DNA of 64,000 nucleotides from Tricharina praecox. Taxonomy: Eukaryota. This document shows, piece after piece, positions 24,196 to 37,290 of the stretch. Position numbers and translations under genes: made by a program. Under the pieces are notes generated by a model that did no database searches, was not told where the DNA came from, and saw nothing but the letters and a program-made list of their open reading frames with translations. The DNA is taken from assembly GCF_024521635.1 (NCBI RefSeq), contig NW_026250415.1, positions 1 through 64,000 of the forward strand, read 5' to 3'. Within the stretch, counting starts at the first letter, position 1; every line of letters starts with the position of its first letter.

Positions 24196-25811
24196 TTACC
24201 CCACAATCTCCCTCCCCTCGGCCACCGGCTTCTCCGACGCCCGCTCCAGGTCGCTCGCCTTGACACTGGCCACCTCATCCTCCTCGAGACTCAAATCTCT
24301 ACCCAACTTCTCGGGCCCCAAAAACACCAAAACAATGACATACGCGAACACAGCACCCATGAATATGGCCATGACCTTGGCGTAATCATATCTCGCCTCA
24401 CCGCCATCACTATCCTCGAGCGGGAACCTCTCGCCAATCGTGGCCTCGATAGTCGAGCTCGCCGAGCTGACAAGGTTACCGAGCTGGTACGCGGTTCCGA
24501 CCACGAACGTGCGCATCCCCGGCGGCGATAGCTCCATCAGGTGGATGGGGATCACGCCCCACGCCCCCTGCACCATGAACTGCTCAAAGAACGCGGCCGC
24601 CATGATGTTGTTGCTGCGCACGTACGTGTACGGGTACACCAAAGCGCCGCCGAGGATGCACGCGCCGATTATGGAAGTGCGTCGCCCGATGGTTTGCGAC
24701 ATGTATCCCATCGTCGTGCCGCCGAGCATGGCGCCGAGGTTCGCGACGACTTGCGTTACCGTTACTTGGTTGGACGAGAACTCCAGCTGGCTCTCGAGGA
24801 GGGTGGGGTATAGGTCTTGGGAGCCGTGGGACTTTGGATCGGTCAGCGGGAGTTATGTAAGTGAAGGATGAGAGTGCAAACAAACCATAAAGTTGAATCC
24901 CGCCATCATAAGGACCATGTACACAAGCGTGATCCAATGTTTTTTGAACCCGACCTTCGCCTCCTTCATGAACGTGCTACCGACGCCCTCCACCTCCGCA
25001 TGTTTCCTCAGCTCCTGTCTCGCCAGGAACGCGTTGGTCTCGGGCAGGTACAGGCGCCACAGGATGATGAGCGCGGGCGGGCAAGCACCGAACCAGAACA
25101 GCGGGCGCCACCCGTGGGTGGGGTCGTGTGCGAGCGCGCGAGAGAATACCGCCGCGAGAAGGTACCCGAACGCGTAGCCTTGCTGGAGCATGCCGCTGAG
25201 AATTCCGCGCGCTTCCGGTGGTGCGTCTTCGAGTGCTGTGGCGGCGCAGTTGCCGTAGATTCCGCCCATCGCGATGCCGAAGAAGGCGCGGACGATCAGG
25301 AAGCCTTTGTAGCTGGGTGGGGGTTAGTAGGAGGGAGGGTGGCGGGAGAGAATGTTGTACGCACCTGGTCATGAAACCGGTGAGGAGCTCGAAAAGGATG
25401 AAGAGCAGGTTGTTGATGATGAACGGCCACTTCCTTCCCCACTTGTCGGCGGCGATACCGAAGGTGATGGCACCCACACTTCGCAGCATCAGCACCAATG
25501 TTATGCCCCATGTGATGTCCGTCTTCGAACGGTCGAATTCTTTGGCCAGCGCGGAGACGGTAAGCGACACGGTGAAGAAGTCGAAAGCATCCCTATGCGA
25601 TTCCCATCTGTTAGCATGCGCAAAGACAGGCTGGTGAGAGGGGGAGGAAATCGTACCAAGTCCAAGCGACAAAAGCGATCAAGAAGAACCGCCATTGATG
25701 CCAGGTGAGCGTCCTCAGCACCGCGAAAGGGTTGGGCGGTACATTTCCGGTGGGCTTCAGTGTAGTGAATCTCGTAGCAGCGTAACGACCAACGCTCATG
25801 TGTTCCGCCAT
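24196..25811 (-). CDS. JEN1: MFS carboxylate/H+ symporter (Jen1/SHS family), 481 aa; exons 25811-25657, 25592-25365, 25312-24886, 24831-24196
   Basis: AWTWDAFDFF, ADKWGRKWP, GILSGMLQQGY, and the Jen signature NFMSHGSQDLYPT reconstituted across intron 3. Confidence 0.93.
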
Positions 25812-28226
25812 TTTGGTGATGGGCCGCCGGGTGGATGATATCGACGAGATGCTGGTGCGGGTTCGGAACACGGACTGACAGACAGAGGGGTTGCCATCCA
25901 CACTTTATCGAAATCCAATCCGCAGTGATAATCCCTATGGATTACCGCTTTCGATCGCAGAGGGAAGGCAGGTGGGTCTCGTGAGGGATTTCGCACTATA
26001 ACCGACACTCCGGCGGGGGAAGCACGATTACTCGCTCGCCCACGCCCTTCGGGTACCCACCCTGCAGTGTATAAATCCAGTATTACCGCACCCTCACGAT
26101 TCGCGTGGGATGTCTCCGAAAACTGTTCGATGAACCAGTTTCTGGGTACGTAAGGAAGTACATGGCATGTACCGTAACGTTGGACCGGTGCTTAAGTGAC
26201 ACCTTCAACCATGGATTAACAAACTCGACATACACCGGTGGGTACTTGCTTAGGTACGTACCCCGGCTGTCACCGTCAACAAGTCAGGTGGATTGTCCTC
26301 GTCGCCATCGGCACCCCCAGTCCCACCGCACGAATTCTCGTCCATGACGTTTCGATCGTGCATGCGATCATGGATTCTAAACGTCGAAGTAAGCATTTGC
26401 ATGCATGAAGATCGGCAGCGTGCCGCATGCCGAACAGCCGCGCGGGTTCACCAGCCCAATTAGGCAACAATTCCGGGCGCAGTAGGTGTGATTGCCTGTG
26501 TTCGCGCTGGTGGTCCGAGACTACTGCATGCGGGGTAAGGAAACCCATCTGTAAGTAGAGAACGGAAGGAACCGTTCACGGGAGCCGACGGGTGGAATAG
26601 TATATGTGGAGTAGAGTAGGCTGTGTATATGGCCAAATCTTATCTCCGTCCACCAAGACGCCATGCCTGTCTCCCTGCCTCTCCAGGGTCACGGAGAGAT
26701 TCCGGAGGAGAAACTGGATCTCCATCTCCATCCCCACCCCTCAATGCACGGATATATGCATGTATGGCCTTAGAAAAGTCCGTGCTGACATCCATGTGTA
26801 AGCATAACTCCATCTCCGGCGAGCCGAAGATTGGCCTCCACATCTCGGGGAGCATTCCGAACGGTAGCGGGTTCGAGTGCAGGCAAGCGCCCGCTAATTC
26901 CCGCAGATGCACTCTTCTTTATCGCGGACACGTACTTGCCTACCGACCTCCTACATCCATAAGGTGGATACCTTCCTACAATCCTGCAGAGATCTCTCGT
27001 AAGTCTATACGCGTCGGCGAGCACCTTCCCAGCGCCTACACACTTACACACATACCTTATTAACCTGCTATCTCCTTCGGCTACAGCCTTGTACCTACCG
27101 TACCGTATCCACGTATCCCGTTTCCACGCATGTAGGCCTGCACCTACGTGTATCTCCGAGATCCAGCGGCAGTATCCGTCGGCCTCGGCAGATCTCCTCG
27201 TCTCCACCACGGAACTAATCGGTCCCGTCCCGTCCCGTCCGAGCGTCGCTTATATACGGAATAAATAGATAAACGGTGAGATGGACCGTGTCACCGTGGA
27301 CGCCGGCCGACGGGAAGAGATGGCGAATTGAGGATTCGAGGACATGAAGACCCTACTAGTATAGTAGAATGTGGAGTAGAATGTGGAGCCGCAACGCCAG
27401 CCTCCCATCGATGCGCTACATAGCGGAGGAGGAGAGTGGAGGAGAGTGGAGGAGAGTAGGTAGAGTAGAGCAACCTTCCGGCGTGTCCCCGGATCGGCCG
27501 TACGCGTAGGCTTGCTATGTAGGAGATATCTACCAGTGATTTCGTCGTAGGCATGTACGTACGAATATTGGTATCTAGACTCTCACGGACCGGTCGTCGT
27601 CGTCATCGTCGTTGTGGACCGTGGACGTCGCATCGGTGGAGATGTTCGGGGTTGCTCGTGGTTGCCGAACACCTGTCATGATGGATAACGAGGACGGAGA
27701 GGATTATAGGATCCCAGGAGCTTGCGGTTGACCTCTCGTTAGTTATCCGTGCAGCCTTCCGGCCTCTTCACTTGACTCTTGCGAGGTAATACTTTAATCG
27801 CCATTTTTGGTAGTAACATGAGGACTTTCTGTATCTGACATCTTGACTGCTGATGTGGAAGACAATTCCATATTTTTATCTCTTTTACTTCCCATTCATT
27901 ACCTTGTAAGTGTATTAATACGCGTACCTCAACTCTTGGCATTTCCCATATCCAGGTTGTTGTTTGCCACGATAGTATTAGGGGGTGATATCTAAATGAG
28001 ATAAGATGGATGGATAAGGATGGAGCGATGGATAAGATAGGAGATAGGCGATAAGGGAATTAGGACCAGAAGGCATTGGGAGAGAAAAGGACTCTGCGAC
28101 ACCACCACACAGCACGCTCAGCAAAACGTCGCGACAGAAATAAAATACATAGAGATGAAACAAAACATTCTCGGCAAACAAGTCTCAAGTTACAAGTCTT
28201 CTCTAGAAGGCAGGAGACCTTGCACT

Positions 28227-28996
28227 TCAAGGTTGAACGTCGGATCGGATGTCGGTGTCGTTTAAAATGGACCGATTATCGCTAAGTTTGATACCGCGTT
28301 TCGCATTCTGTATATCTTTCCTATTTGAAATATCAATATACAAACAACTCAAATAATCCGATGTACCTAGCACAACATAAAGTACCTTGTAAGGGAGCTA
28401 CCGCCAGCAGCCTCCAAATTTGAGTCTGCGCCTTCAGTTTTATTGATGCCTTTCAGCGCGCGAAAGATCTGGGACGCGGTGTAACGATTTTTCTTGACCT
28501 CCGAGACGATAACTTGCTTGACGACGGACGGCAGGCCACAGATGCGAAAGATTTCGTCAAGGCTGTGGGTGTGTGCGGCGGAGGTCTTTCTTTCCACCAC
28601 GACTTTGACGGGCTCACTGCTGGATTCCGGAATCGTATGCGTGATTTTCATCTGCACCTGGCAGAGATCCTTGACGCGTGCCTCGGTGCTGCGCGGCTTC
28701 ACCACTCGTCCGTCTTTTCGCGAAATGTTCGTGCCCGTCTTCTTGCTCTTGCGCAGGCGGCATTCGTAGTGCTGTACGCGGATGGCACCGTGTCGCTGTA
28801 CGGTGCTACCGCCGATCTTCGTCCATACCGTGTCGACCAACGGCCAGTATTCGGCGAATTGCTGCGTGCTCAGCACCACCGGATGGTCCAGGCGGAAAAG
28901 CATCTCGCGGAAGATATCTGCCTGTTCGGGTAAAGGGATCTTGGTATTTATCGCCGAGGGGGAGGAGGAGGAGGCGGAGGTGGAGGATGAGGACAT
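28227..28996 (-). CDS. Mutator (MULE)-type N-terminal WRKY/GCM1-like zinc-finger protein, 234 aa, lacking the transposase catalytic domain; exons 28996-28386, 28320-28227
   Basis: YECR...C.V.MKI...HTH zinc ligands; AAGGSSLTR|KDIQNA joined across a GT-AG intron; AT-rich degraded continuation (YGIVF) at ~27740-27960. Confidence 0.62.
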
Positions 28997-31900
28997 TTTC
29001 TGGCTTCGAGTGAGGCTGATTGATATGTGCTGAATATCCGGTGGTGGTAGGTAATGCGTCTGCAGAAAGGTTGTCCTCCCCCTGAACGGTGACGCCTCGC
29101 TAGAGTAGTCAAGCCGATTCGTCCCGAAATCTCCTACAGGATCGCAACGGGTTCAGCGCTACTGATCGTCTTAGTGTGAGCACGTCCCTCCACATAGAGT
29201 CCACAGTGCCTGCCGCGCCGGCAACTCGTCACTCGCAGAGTCGCAGAAATCTAAAGTCAACAACAGGCCACATTTTACTCTATGATGTATTATTATCGAC
29301 GACGACGACCCCACTCTGGCAACATAGATACATACTGGGTGGCTCCCTGAGCCCGATGAATTTTCGCCCCCGTCTGACATCCATCTACACCGTCGTTTAT
29401 TCGAGACTTGAAGTCCGTTGCCGAGTGCGAGCTGGTGGTATACTCTCCCTGAAGACCAGACTCCACTCTGCTACACACAGAGGAACTACAATGCCAGACT
29501 CCACGAAACTGAGTGGCCAACATTCTCGCCAGGCCAGCGTGCCCGAACTTCGTCCTGTGTGTTGCCGATGATCGATCGCAAGACTTGACGCGGCTCCCAT
29601 TCACACGCATCCATCAGGTTAGTCATCGACTCATCGCTGGAAACGGTTCCAGACTTCCAGTCAGTTACTTTCGGCCTGAAGGCTGAAGCTGGGCCTGCCA
29701 CCATGATGATGTAGTTTTACGGAAAGATACGCCAACAGCCAACTACTCCATGGGAGACGGCGACCTCGTGCGATGAATCATGAATCGCGTGGAGCCGGGG
29801 ATCTTTCTCCCTGTAACCACAGTGGAAGACCGTAGGTGAAGCTTTGCGAGAACACTGTGCTGGCTAAGGGCTTCAAGTTTCAACGGCCATCGGTTCGGCG
29901 ATGTCGTCTGCGTGGAAAGTTGAAACGTCAGGTCGACGGATGCGCTGACGAGCAGCAGAAGGGTGCCAGCCTTCCAGGTACGCTCGCTGCAGTGAGTGCA
30001 GCCTTATGGACCATGGAACGTTTGAAACCAAGGTGGTAAATCGGGTTAATCGCGACGACTATTGTACCGTCAACAGTTCGGTATGTAAACTGCAGACTGC
30101 AGACTGTAGGGTAAGATCCTTTAAAACTTGATCGTTTATTCCGGTCCGAATAAGATCTATGTGCGTACGTAAACAAGGCTGAGGTAGACGTGCACATTTC
30201 ACCAGGACTGCAACCTGTGTTTCATCTAATCCCTCGGACGATGGATAGAGTAATAGAATAGGAACCGAGTCAGCCTGGAAGTTTGTCACCACCTCCACCC
30301 ACCCCCCCCCCCCCCCCCCACGTGCACGGTGCCTGCTGGATGACCACCCGGTCCCACGTCGTTGCGAAGCGGCGGAGCCCATCATCGTAGATCACCCGCT
30401 CTGCACCACCGCAGTAGACGCGGGCTCTCCCGTCCACAGCTGAACCGGCTCGACTACGGTACGGTACGCTACGGCGAAACAGAACTGTTTCGTAGGTGTA
30501 TATATCGCTGAAGGTATAAAAGCAAAGCAAAAACCACGCACGCCGGCAGCGAGAGCCGACGCATGAATACGAGTTTGCGATGGATGACCAGCGAGTTCCA
30601 GCTTCCAACTTCCCCGCTCTGCAGTCTACGAACACAGCCGATACGCACGCATAAATGCCCGCACGTCGTTGACCTGACCTGTAACAGTGTTACCTATGCC
30701 GCGACGATCGTCGCGGCCAAGGTCCAAGCTTCGAGAAGAGGTACGGTATGTGCGCATCGTCTAAACGGCCACACATACGACGTACGCAGCGCAGCACACT
30801 GACTACCTCAGGTAGGTAATTGCTTCTTCGCTGACGCAATCACCTCCCCCGCCGACATATATCCACCTGGAACCTGCGCATGCAAAGCAGCGACGGACTT
30901 CCGTCTCCCCGTCTCCCTGTCTCCTATGTAGATAACGGCGTTCCGTCAGCTGTTAAGTTTCAACGGAACAGGCATTCCGCATCCAGTGGGCAGTGAAGGC
31001 TGAAGGCGGCCGCGCATGCAACAAGTGCGCCCCAAAGTCGTAGCTGGGGGTTCCAACGGGGGGGGGGGGAGTGCGCCGAGTGATGCGGGGGAGGGGGCTG
31101 TGCTTTGCTTGTTGCATGGGATGGGATGGCGACGGCATGATCCGTTGGGCTGCAGGCTTCTGGCTTCTGGCTGGCTTCTGGATGGTGCGGAAAATGATCG
31201 ACAGCCTCATCGCTAACTGACATGCATGTTGTGCGCGTGCGGGGTGCATGAGGATGGTGATGGGAATGGGGTAACTACGGTATGGTCGGTGTCCACCTGC
31301 ACCTGAAGGTAATATGGAGTCAGGGGCACTGTATGTACTAGCTGGTAGTTATACCCGACAGGCGGGGTAACTCTAGTATCTAGGTACTTAGTCAATGTAG
31401 CTCTGGAAGCACGGGCACGAGCACGAGCACGAGCACGAGCACAGGCACATGCACCAACACTACCACGAGCGACATCGCAATGTGGGGGATGGAGGGGAAC
31501 ACTTAGCACCCTGCACGTTCGCCTGGGTATTCAATCCCCATCTTCCAGGGCTCCAAGCATCAGGGCAAAGTCTTCTTCCGTAGTACGGAAAAACGAAAGA
31601 AATAATCGGACAACACTCGCCGGCGCGGCACTTTTTCTATTTCCGCTCGGCATTACGTACGTATCGTACATACATACAGAAGTGCATATCACCTGTAGGA
31701 ACGCTCCAGGTTGGGTACCTGACGACTGGTACGATGGTTGCGGGGAAACTTCAAACCCCAAACTCCAAGCTTTCTGCAGGCTGCACCTACGTGTATATTG
31801 GACAGTTTGACGGTAGGGGCGGGCATCTTATTGGCGGCTAACTAACTACAGGTCGCACGAGCAGTGCGCACCGATCGTGCGCCTGTCCTGCACAAACAGA

Positions 31901-32138
31901 AGGGTTGTGTGCGCGAGGAGCAAAAAAAAATGTCAAGCTTCGAGATGGATGGATGGACGTAACGAGTCCCCGTCTGGAATCTGGATTGCGTTTCGCGCGG
32001 ATGAGGATCCAACTATCTACCTCTGCATAGCTGAACTACACACATACGAGGCTTGTTGAAAAAGGCCGCGGTGCCCCGGCCGGAAGTCCGATCGTTCGGT
32101 CCGCAGTCAACTCCGCATGTAACACGGCCTCTCTTCCG

Positions 32139-34144
32139 ATGGCAACTCGCGCGCTATTCCCCCTCCTCTTCCTTGCCTGCGCGGCGCAGGCGGCAAAGAC
32201 GTACCGCGACCAGTGCGACCAAAAGATCGTCGAGGTGCTATCCTACAGCAACAGCAGCCACTACCGCTTCCCCGACACGACGGACATGATCAGCGGGCGA
32301 CAGCGGGTGCACCTATGGGCGTGCGAGGAGATCTGCGGCGCCGAGTCGCGCATGTACCCGTGGCTCGACATCTTCCAGCGGATAACGCTGTGGAAGGTGC
32401 CGCTGCTGCTGCTGATAGGAAATTTCCAGTTCGCGCAGCTGGGGCTCGGAAACCTGCTCTGCGTCGTGTGCCACCTCCTCGGCGACCCCATCGATACCAT
32501 GTGCAGCCTCCTCACCAAGCTAGAGGTCTCCCGCCGCCTCTACACCCGCTGGGCGACTATCTCCGAGCCCGTACTTCCGCCGGCGGGCCTAGACGAAGAG
32601 GCCCGCCTGGGCTTCACCACGCTCCCTGACCCTGCTTTCCAGCTGACGCTAAGCCAAGCGCAAGACCTTGCCGCCGTCAACGCCGTCTTCGACGACTGGA
32701 TGCATAGTTCAGACATGGTATTCGTAGCGATGCGCAGTGCGCTTATGCGGCTGCCGCCCAAGCTACGAGTGCAATTCATCACGGCGATCACGGAAGCGGC
32801 CCACAAGTTGTCCGAGTCGCGGGCGGACGACCGGCTGCGCGCGTGGCTGGCGATACTTGGCTATGCCGTTGCCATCATTGCGGCGTTCATGCGCACGCTC
32901 GACCAGGGCCCCGAGAAGATGACGGCGCATAGCATCGCGTTCGCAATGAGCATGGTGTGGCTGGTGCCCGCGGTGATGATTTCGACGACAGCCGGGGGGT
33001 TTACGTCGAAGCGCGCGGGAATGAGGATCGTCCGCGAGCTGCAGGATGAGCTGGGCGCTGCGTGGCCTGTCCAGAAGATCGAGGAGTGGACGTGTACTAG
33101 CACCGTGTGGAATCCGGCTGGGAAAGGGAGGAGCGTGCTGTGGGAGAGCACGGTGCCCCTCGGGGAAGCCCTGCCTTGGTGTGGTGGGAATTATAGCTAT
33201 CGTGCGTTCAAACGCTTGGAGAGCGCACATCTTAATCCTCCAGAGATGCGCCGTGGGTTGCCGACGTTCGCGGCGGAAAGGCCCACCGCTCTGTTGTACT
33301 TCTACTCCGTCTTGAGCGTGCTCCTCGCGGTCGGATGTGCGATGGCCCTTTCATGTCTCACATCGACAGTCGGCCTTGGTTGCCGGTTTGTCCCCCATCT
33401 AATCCTCTCCTCCCTTCTGCTGCTGCTGCTGCTGACATACCCAGAACAATGACGCAAATGTCCTTCTTCCTCGGCTGGCTCTTGAGCGTTGCGTTGACGC
33501 GCCTCTTCCGTCGTTATCTCTCCGGAAAATACCACTGGTACGCAATAGTCTTCAAAGACTTTATCATCGGCTTCCTCGTGATCGGCTTCATCGTCGCCGC
33601 CTTCATCGGCAAGTTCGTTTCCCCTTCCCTCCCCTTCCCCCCCCCCCCCTCCCCCTCTGCATCCCCCACTAACCACCGCAGATTCAACTCCTGCTTCTGC
33701 TGGTCCGCGTACTTCTCTCGCTTCAGCGGTGCATACGTGGAAGTGCACTCTTTTTACTTCGACGCGAACCTGCGCACCCTGACGATGACGAAATGGCCGA
33801 TCCTTGTGGCGGTAGGACTAGGCGGGCAGGCGATAATGCTGGTGATCATGGGCTGGGGAAACTCGCAGGGCGTGTTGCTGCTGTTCTGTCGCGAGGAGAA
33901 GGAGCAGGAGGAGTATTTTGTTAATGTATTGCCGATGCAGGTTAAGACTATTGAGAGAAGGTGCAGTGAGACCGAGTCCGAGGATAGTTGGGCGGTGTAT
34001 GGGGCTGGAAGGAGGGGGAGCGCACAGCCGGGGGTGCTGGATTGGGCCGCGGGGAGTGTGAGAGCCTGGTTGCCGGTGAGGTGGTGCGGGAGGGAGAGGG
34101 AGAGGGCGGAGAGGGAGAGGGAGAAGGCGGAGAGAATGTGCTGA
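32139..34144 (+). CDS. Multi-pass integral membrane protein of unknown function with signal peptide, 625 aa; exons 32139-33385, 33445-33612, 33682-34144
   Basis: N-terminal hydrophobic leader, many TM stretches, motifs HLLGDPIDT, GLGCR, FNSCFCWS; introns with CTGAC/CTAAC branch points. Confidence 0.82.
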
Positions 34145-35213
34145 TCTATAGGAAAATTGTCAAAGGCTAAAAGTGAGACGTGATGGGTTATGAGTTATGA
34201 TGTATTTCTAGTAATATGAAGACTGTGTATGAAGACCATTTCACTTCAGCCGGCCAGTCATGAGAGGATGTGATGTTCAACGTTCATCCTGATCGTGACC
34301 AAGACTGACGAGTGCAAACGAGCGGCAACCCCCATATTTTGACGCAGAAATTGCGATAGAAGCGCCGACGATGTTGATGTCGGACGGGCGGCCGCAGGTA
34401 GTCTCGGGTCCGGTATGTACCGCCAACATGTACGACTTGGAAAACCGCCTATACGCGGCAGCACGGCTATTTTCCCGCGCGCGTCCCATCGTCCCATCGT
34501 CCCATCGTTCCCCGTTCGTTCCCCGCTCGCTCGGCTCACTCGCTCAGTAGACCCTGCCCACCGGACCCTGCAAGGCTGCCACGGCTGCCATTGCCGAAAG
34601 GCGAGAGGCGAGAGGCGAGAGTGAATCCCTCCGCGCCTTATGGGCCATGGGCCATGGGTCATCCTGTCTCACGCGGGGCTCGGGTCTCGGATACCCGCTC
34701 GGGACCAGTGGCTCCGGGGAGTCGGGGAGTGCCCGATCGGATCCCGAGGCTCCGAGGCCCTACGACCAACCGGGGTTGGGGTGGGAGAGGGAGATCCTGT
34801 CCCACGCGTTTTTTTTTGATTCGCTCGTAGTTTCAGCGTGCTGAAGGAGTTGCTGGGTTTGTTTCGGTTCAATAGGCTTTGCATTCGACCTTGTTGGAAC
34901 GGATTTATCACCGGATAGTTACCGACGTGGCGGCGCGATTGATAGCGGAGGATTCAGTGAATACTGTGAATTAGGCAGACTCACCGCCCAGAGGGATCGA
35001 TGGAACAGTACTGGTACTGTTAGAATATTCCGCGCACGTGATGGTAAACAGTTTATTGATCCGATCCCCTCGATGATCGGACCCATTCGGACGGCTGGTA
35101 ACATGACAGAGTAAGTAGTATAATAATATAAGTACAACACAAGTGATTACAACGAACGTAAGAAACCTCCCTAAAAGCGAAAAATATACAAGTCCAGACT
35201 AGGTAGGTAGACT

Positions 35214-37290
35214 CTAGTCGTCCTCCGGTTTCATACCTGTAACGTGCCACCTACATAGTTTTCCATCGTTCTGTCAGCAGGTGTATCATCACTGGGAAGG
35301 GGGGTATGTAACGAACATGATCTGATATGTATGCACCCTCTTCCCGCCCACATCCGCTTGCGCAAGTCTACACAGCGCCACAACATCCTCGGCGGACATA
35401 TCTAGGTATCGCGTGAACAGGGCCATGGCGTAAGCCTTTTCACGGGTGCAGCCTAGGTATTAGCTTCTGGCTGCGGGGCTCGTCGTAAGGAGTGGGAGTA
35501 TGCAAATGCAAATGCATGTACATACCTCAAACCCGCCTTTCCCAATCGCCAGAGCACAAGTCTCGCCTATCTTTTTCATCTCCGCGTTCTTTGGCCACGC
35601 TCCCCATGGTTGTTTATAGTAATGAATCTGCCGCCGCGTCATTTTCCATCAGCCCTCTTCCCCCCGCTCCCCATCCCTCCCCCTCCCCCTCCCGCCCCAC
35701 CCCGCCAACGCATGCATACCTCAACATCCACAAACCCGGCCTCCTCGGCATACTGCCTGAGGACATTCCCGTCGGGTGCCAGCAGTCCCGCCTTAGTCCC
35801 GGCCTTCCAAAAGTTGTTCATATAGCGCTCGAGGTTTGAGCCGGCGTAGGTGCCGTCGTCGCAGTGCAGCTGCGCCTCGGTCTCCGCCAGCTCGACGTAG
35901 CCCCCCGGACGCGTGCTGCGGAACATCTGCCGCAGGTAGCAGGGCCAGTTCCGGATCGACTGCGCGATGTTGCGAGAGTGGATTAGGTCGAAGTAGTCCT
36001 AGGGAGGGGGTGGGGGTTAGCTGCGGGAGGGGGGAGGGGGGGGAGAAGGGGAAGGGGGGAGGGGGGCAAAGTACTTCTTTGAACGTCCACTCCAGCTCTA
36101 GATCGTCAACTTCGAATTTGACCTACAGACCCGGGAATCCAACTTTAGTCCGATTGGGATTTATGCGGGGTGTGGGGAGGATTTAGGCGGGGTGCAAGAC
36201 GCTGCAGCAAACGACAGGAAGTGATCACATTTGGGAATACCCTGGAGGAAAAAAAAACTGTTCAGCGTGGTTTTGAGAATGGAAAGTGCCAGGTAAGTAG
36301 GTGAGTTTTGGATGATGGTGTGTTTTTGTTATTACCATGTTGGCTGTATAGGGCTCAGATCCACGCCGATGACCTGCGCGCACGGGAACATCTCGCCCAT
36401 GTCTAGCGCCCAGATTCCGGTGCCGGTGCCGCAGTCGAGGATGTTGTGCGGGTTGCCCTTGAGCGGCGCGGTGTATAGCAGCCCCCGTAGTGAAAGGAAT
36501 TGGAAGTGGTGGTAGATGTCTAGCCTGCCAGCGGGAAGGTGGTTACATCAGATGGCCTGTCCCCGACGTGATCAGACGTAAGGCCCGAGAGAGATATACC
36601 GGTCTTGTTCGGTCTATACGGAGTCAGCGAAAGGTTTTTATTCCGGTCCGGAGCCGGGGGAGGGGGCGTACCTCGTCGTTGGGCATCATGTATTTTCCGG
36701 CCTGAAATCTGTGGTACCGACGGCCTACCAACCGTGGAGCGGGGGAGTTAGACTTCGAGCAGCAAAGCCAACAAGCTTCAGGTGGGGCGTAGACGAACCG
36801 TTTTCGTACACGTAATCAATGACCGAAGCCGTAAGACTTTTCGTTGAGCTCACTCTTTATCGCCGCCAGTCAGTCGTGATTGTCCCGACCACAGCAGCGA
36901 ATGTGTCGGTGTATGGTAGGTATAACCAAGTATGCAGTACGTACAAACTGTCACCGTAGCCCGAGTTCACGTCACCGGCGTCGTAGGCATCCTCTGGATT
37001 CGTTGCGGCATCGTCTTCTGCTTCGCTGGCAGTTGCTGGTGCAGCACTTTCCGCTTCCAACTAACGAGGTCGGGGAGTTGGGATCAGCGAATGGACAGCA
37101 GTGAGGTGGGGGCCAGAGGGGAGATGCTACCCAGACAGGGAGTGCATTCGTCCGTGCAGAAGAAGAAGAAGAGGACAGGAAGGTAGTGACATGGGTAAGA
37201 TGGGTGTAATAGACTTACCTCGAGAATTCCCCAGTTATTCGATACAAGGGGAGATGGAACGGTTACAAAATCCTGGTGGTCGGACGTCAT
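35214..37290 (-). CDS. LaeA-like (LLM) class I SAM-dependent methyltransferase, 365 aa; 12 exons: 37290-37219, 37060-36945, 36854-36799, 36724-36672, 36613-36600, 36524-36336, 36241-36229, 36122-36075, 35998-35720, 35627-35526, 35435-35317, 35250-35214
   Basis: YVYENGRRYH, MPNDETEQDRLD, ILDCGTGTGIWA, IGVDLSPIQP, FEVDD, FDLIHSR, PGGYVELAE, PWGAWPK; total exon length 1098 nt keeps frame. Confidence 0.9.

Noticed and set aside
27138-31796. Shared 16-mer CTGCACCTACGTGTAT at 27138 and 31781
   Set aside because: One 16-bp match is roughly expected by chance in 64 kb, and it does not extend
33609-33681. Possible GC-AG intron (GCAAGT donor)
   Set aside because: It breaks the frame; the GTTCGT donor at 33613 restores FNSCFCWS
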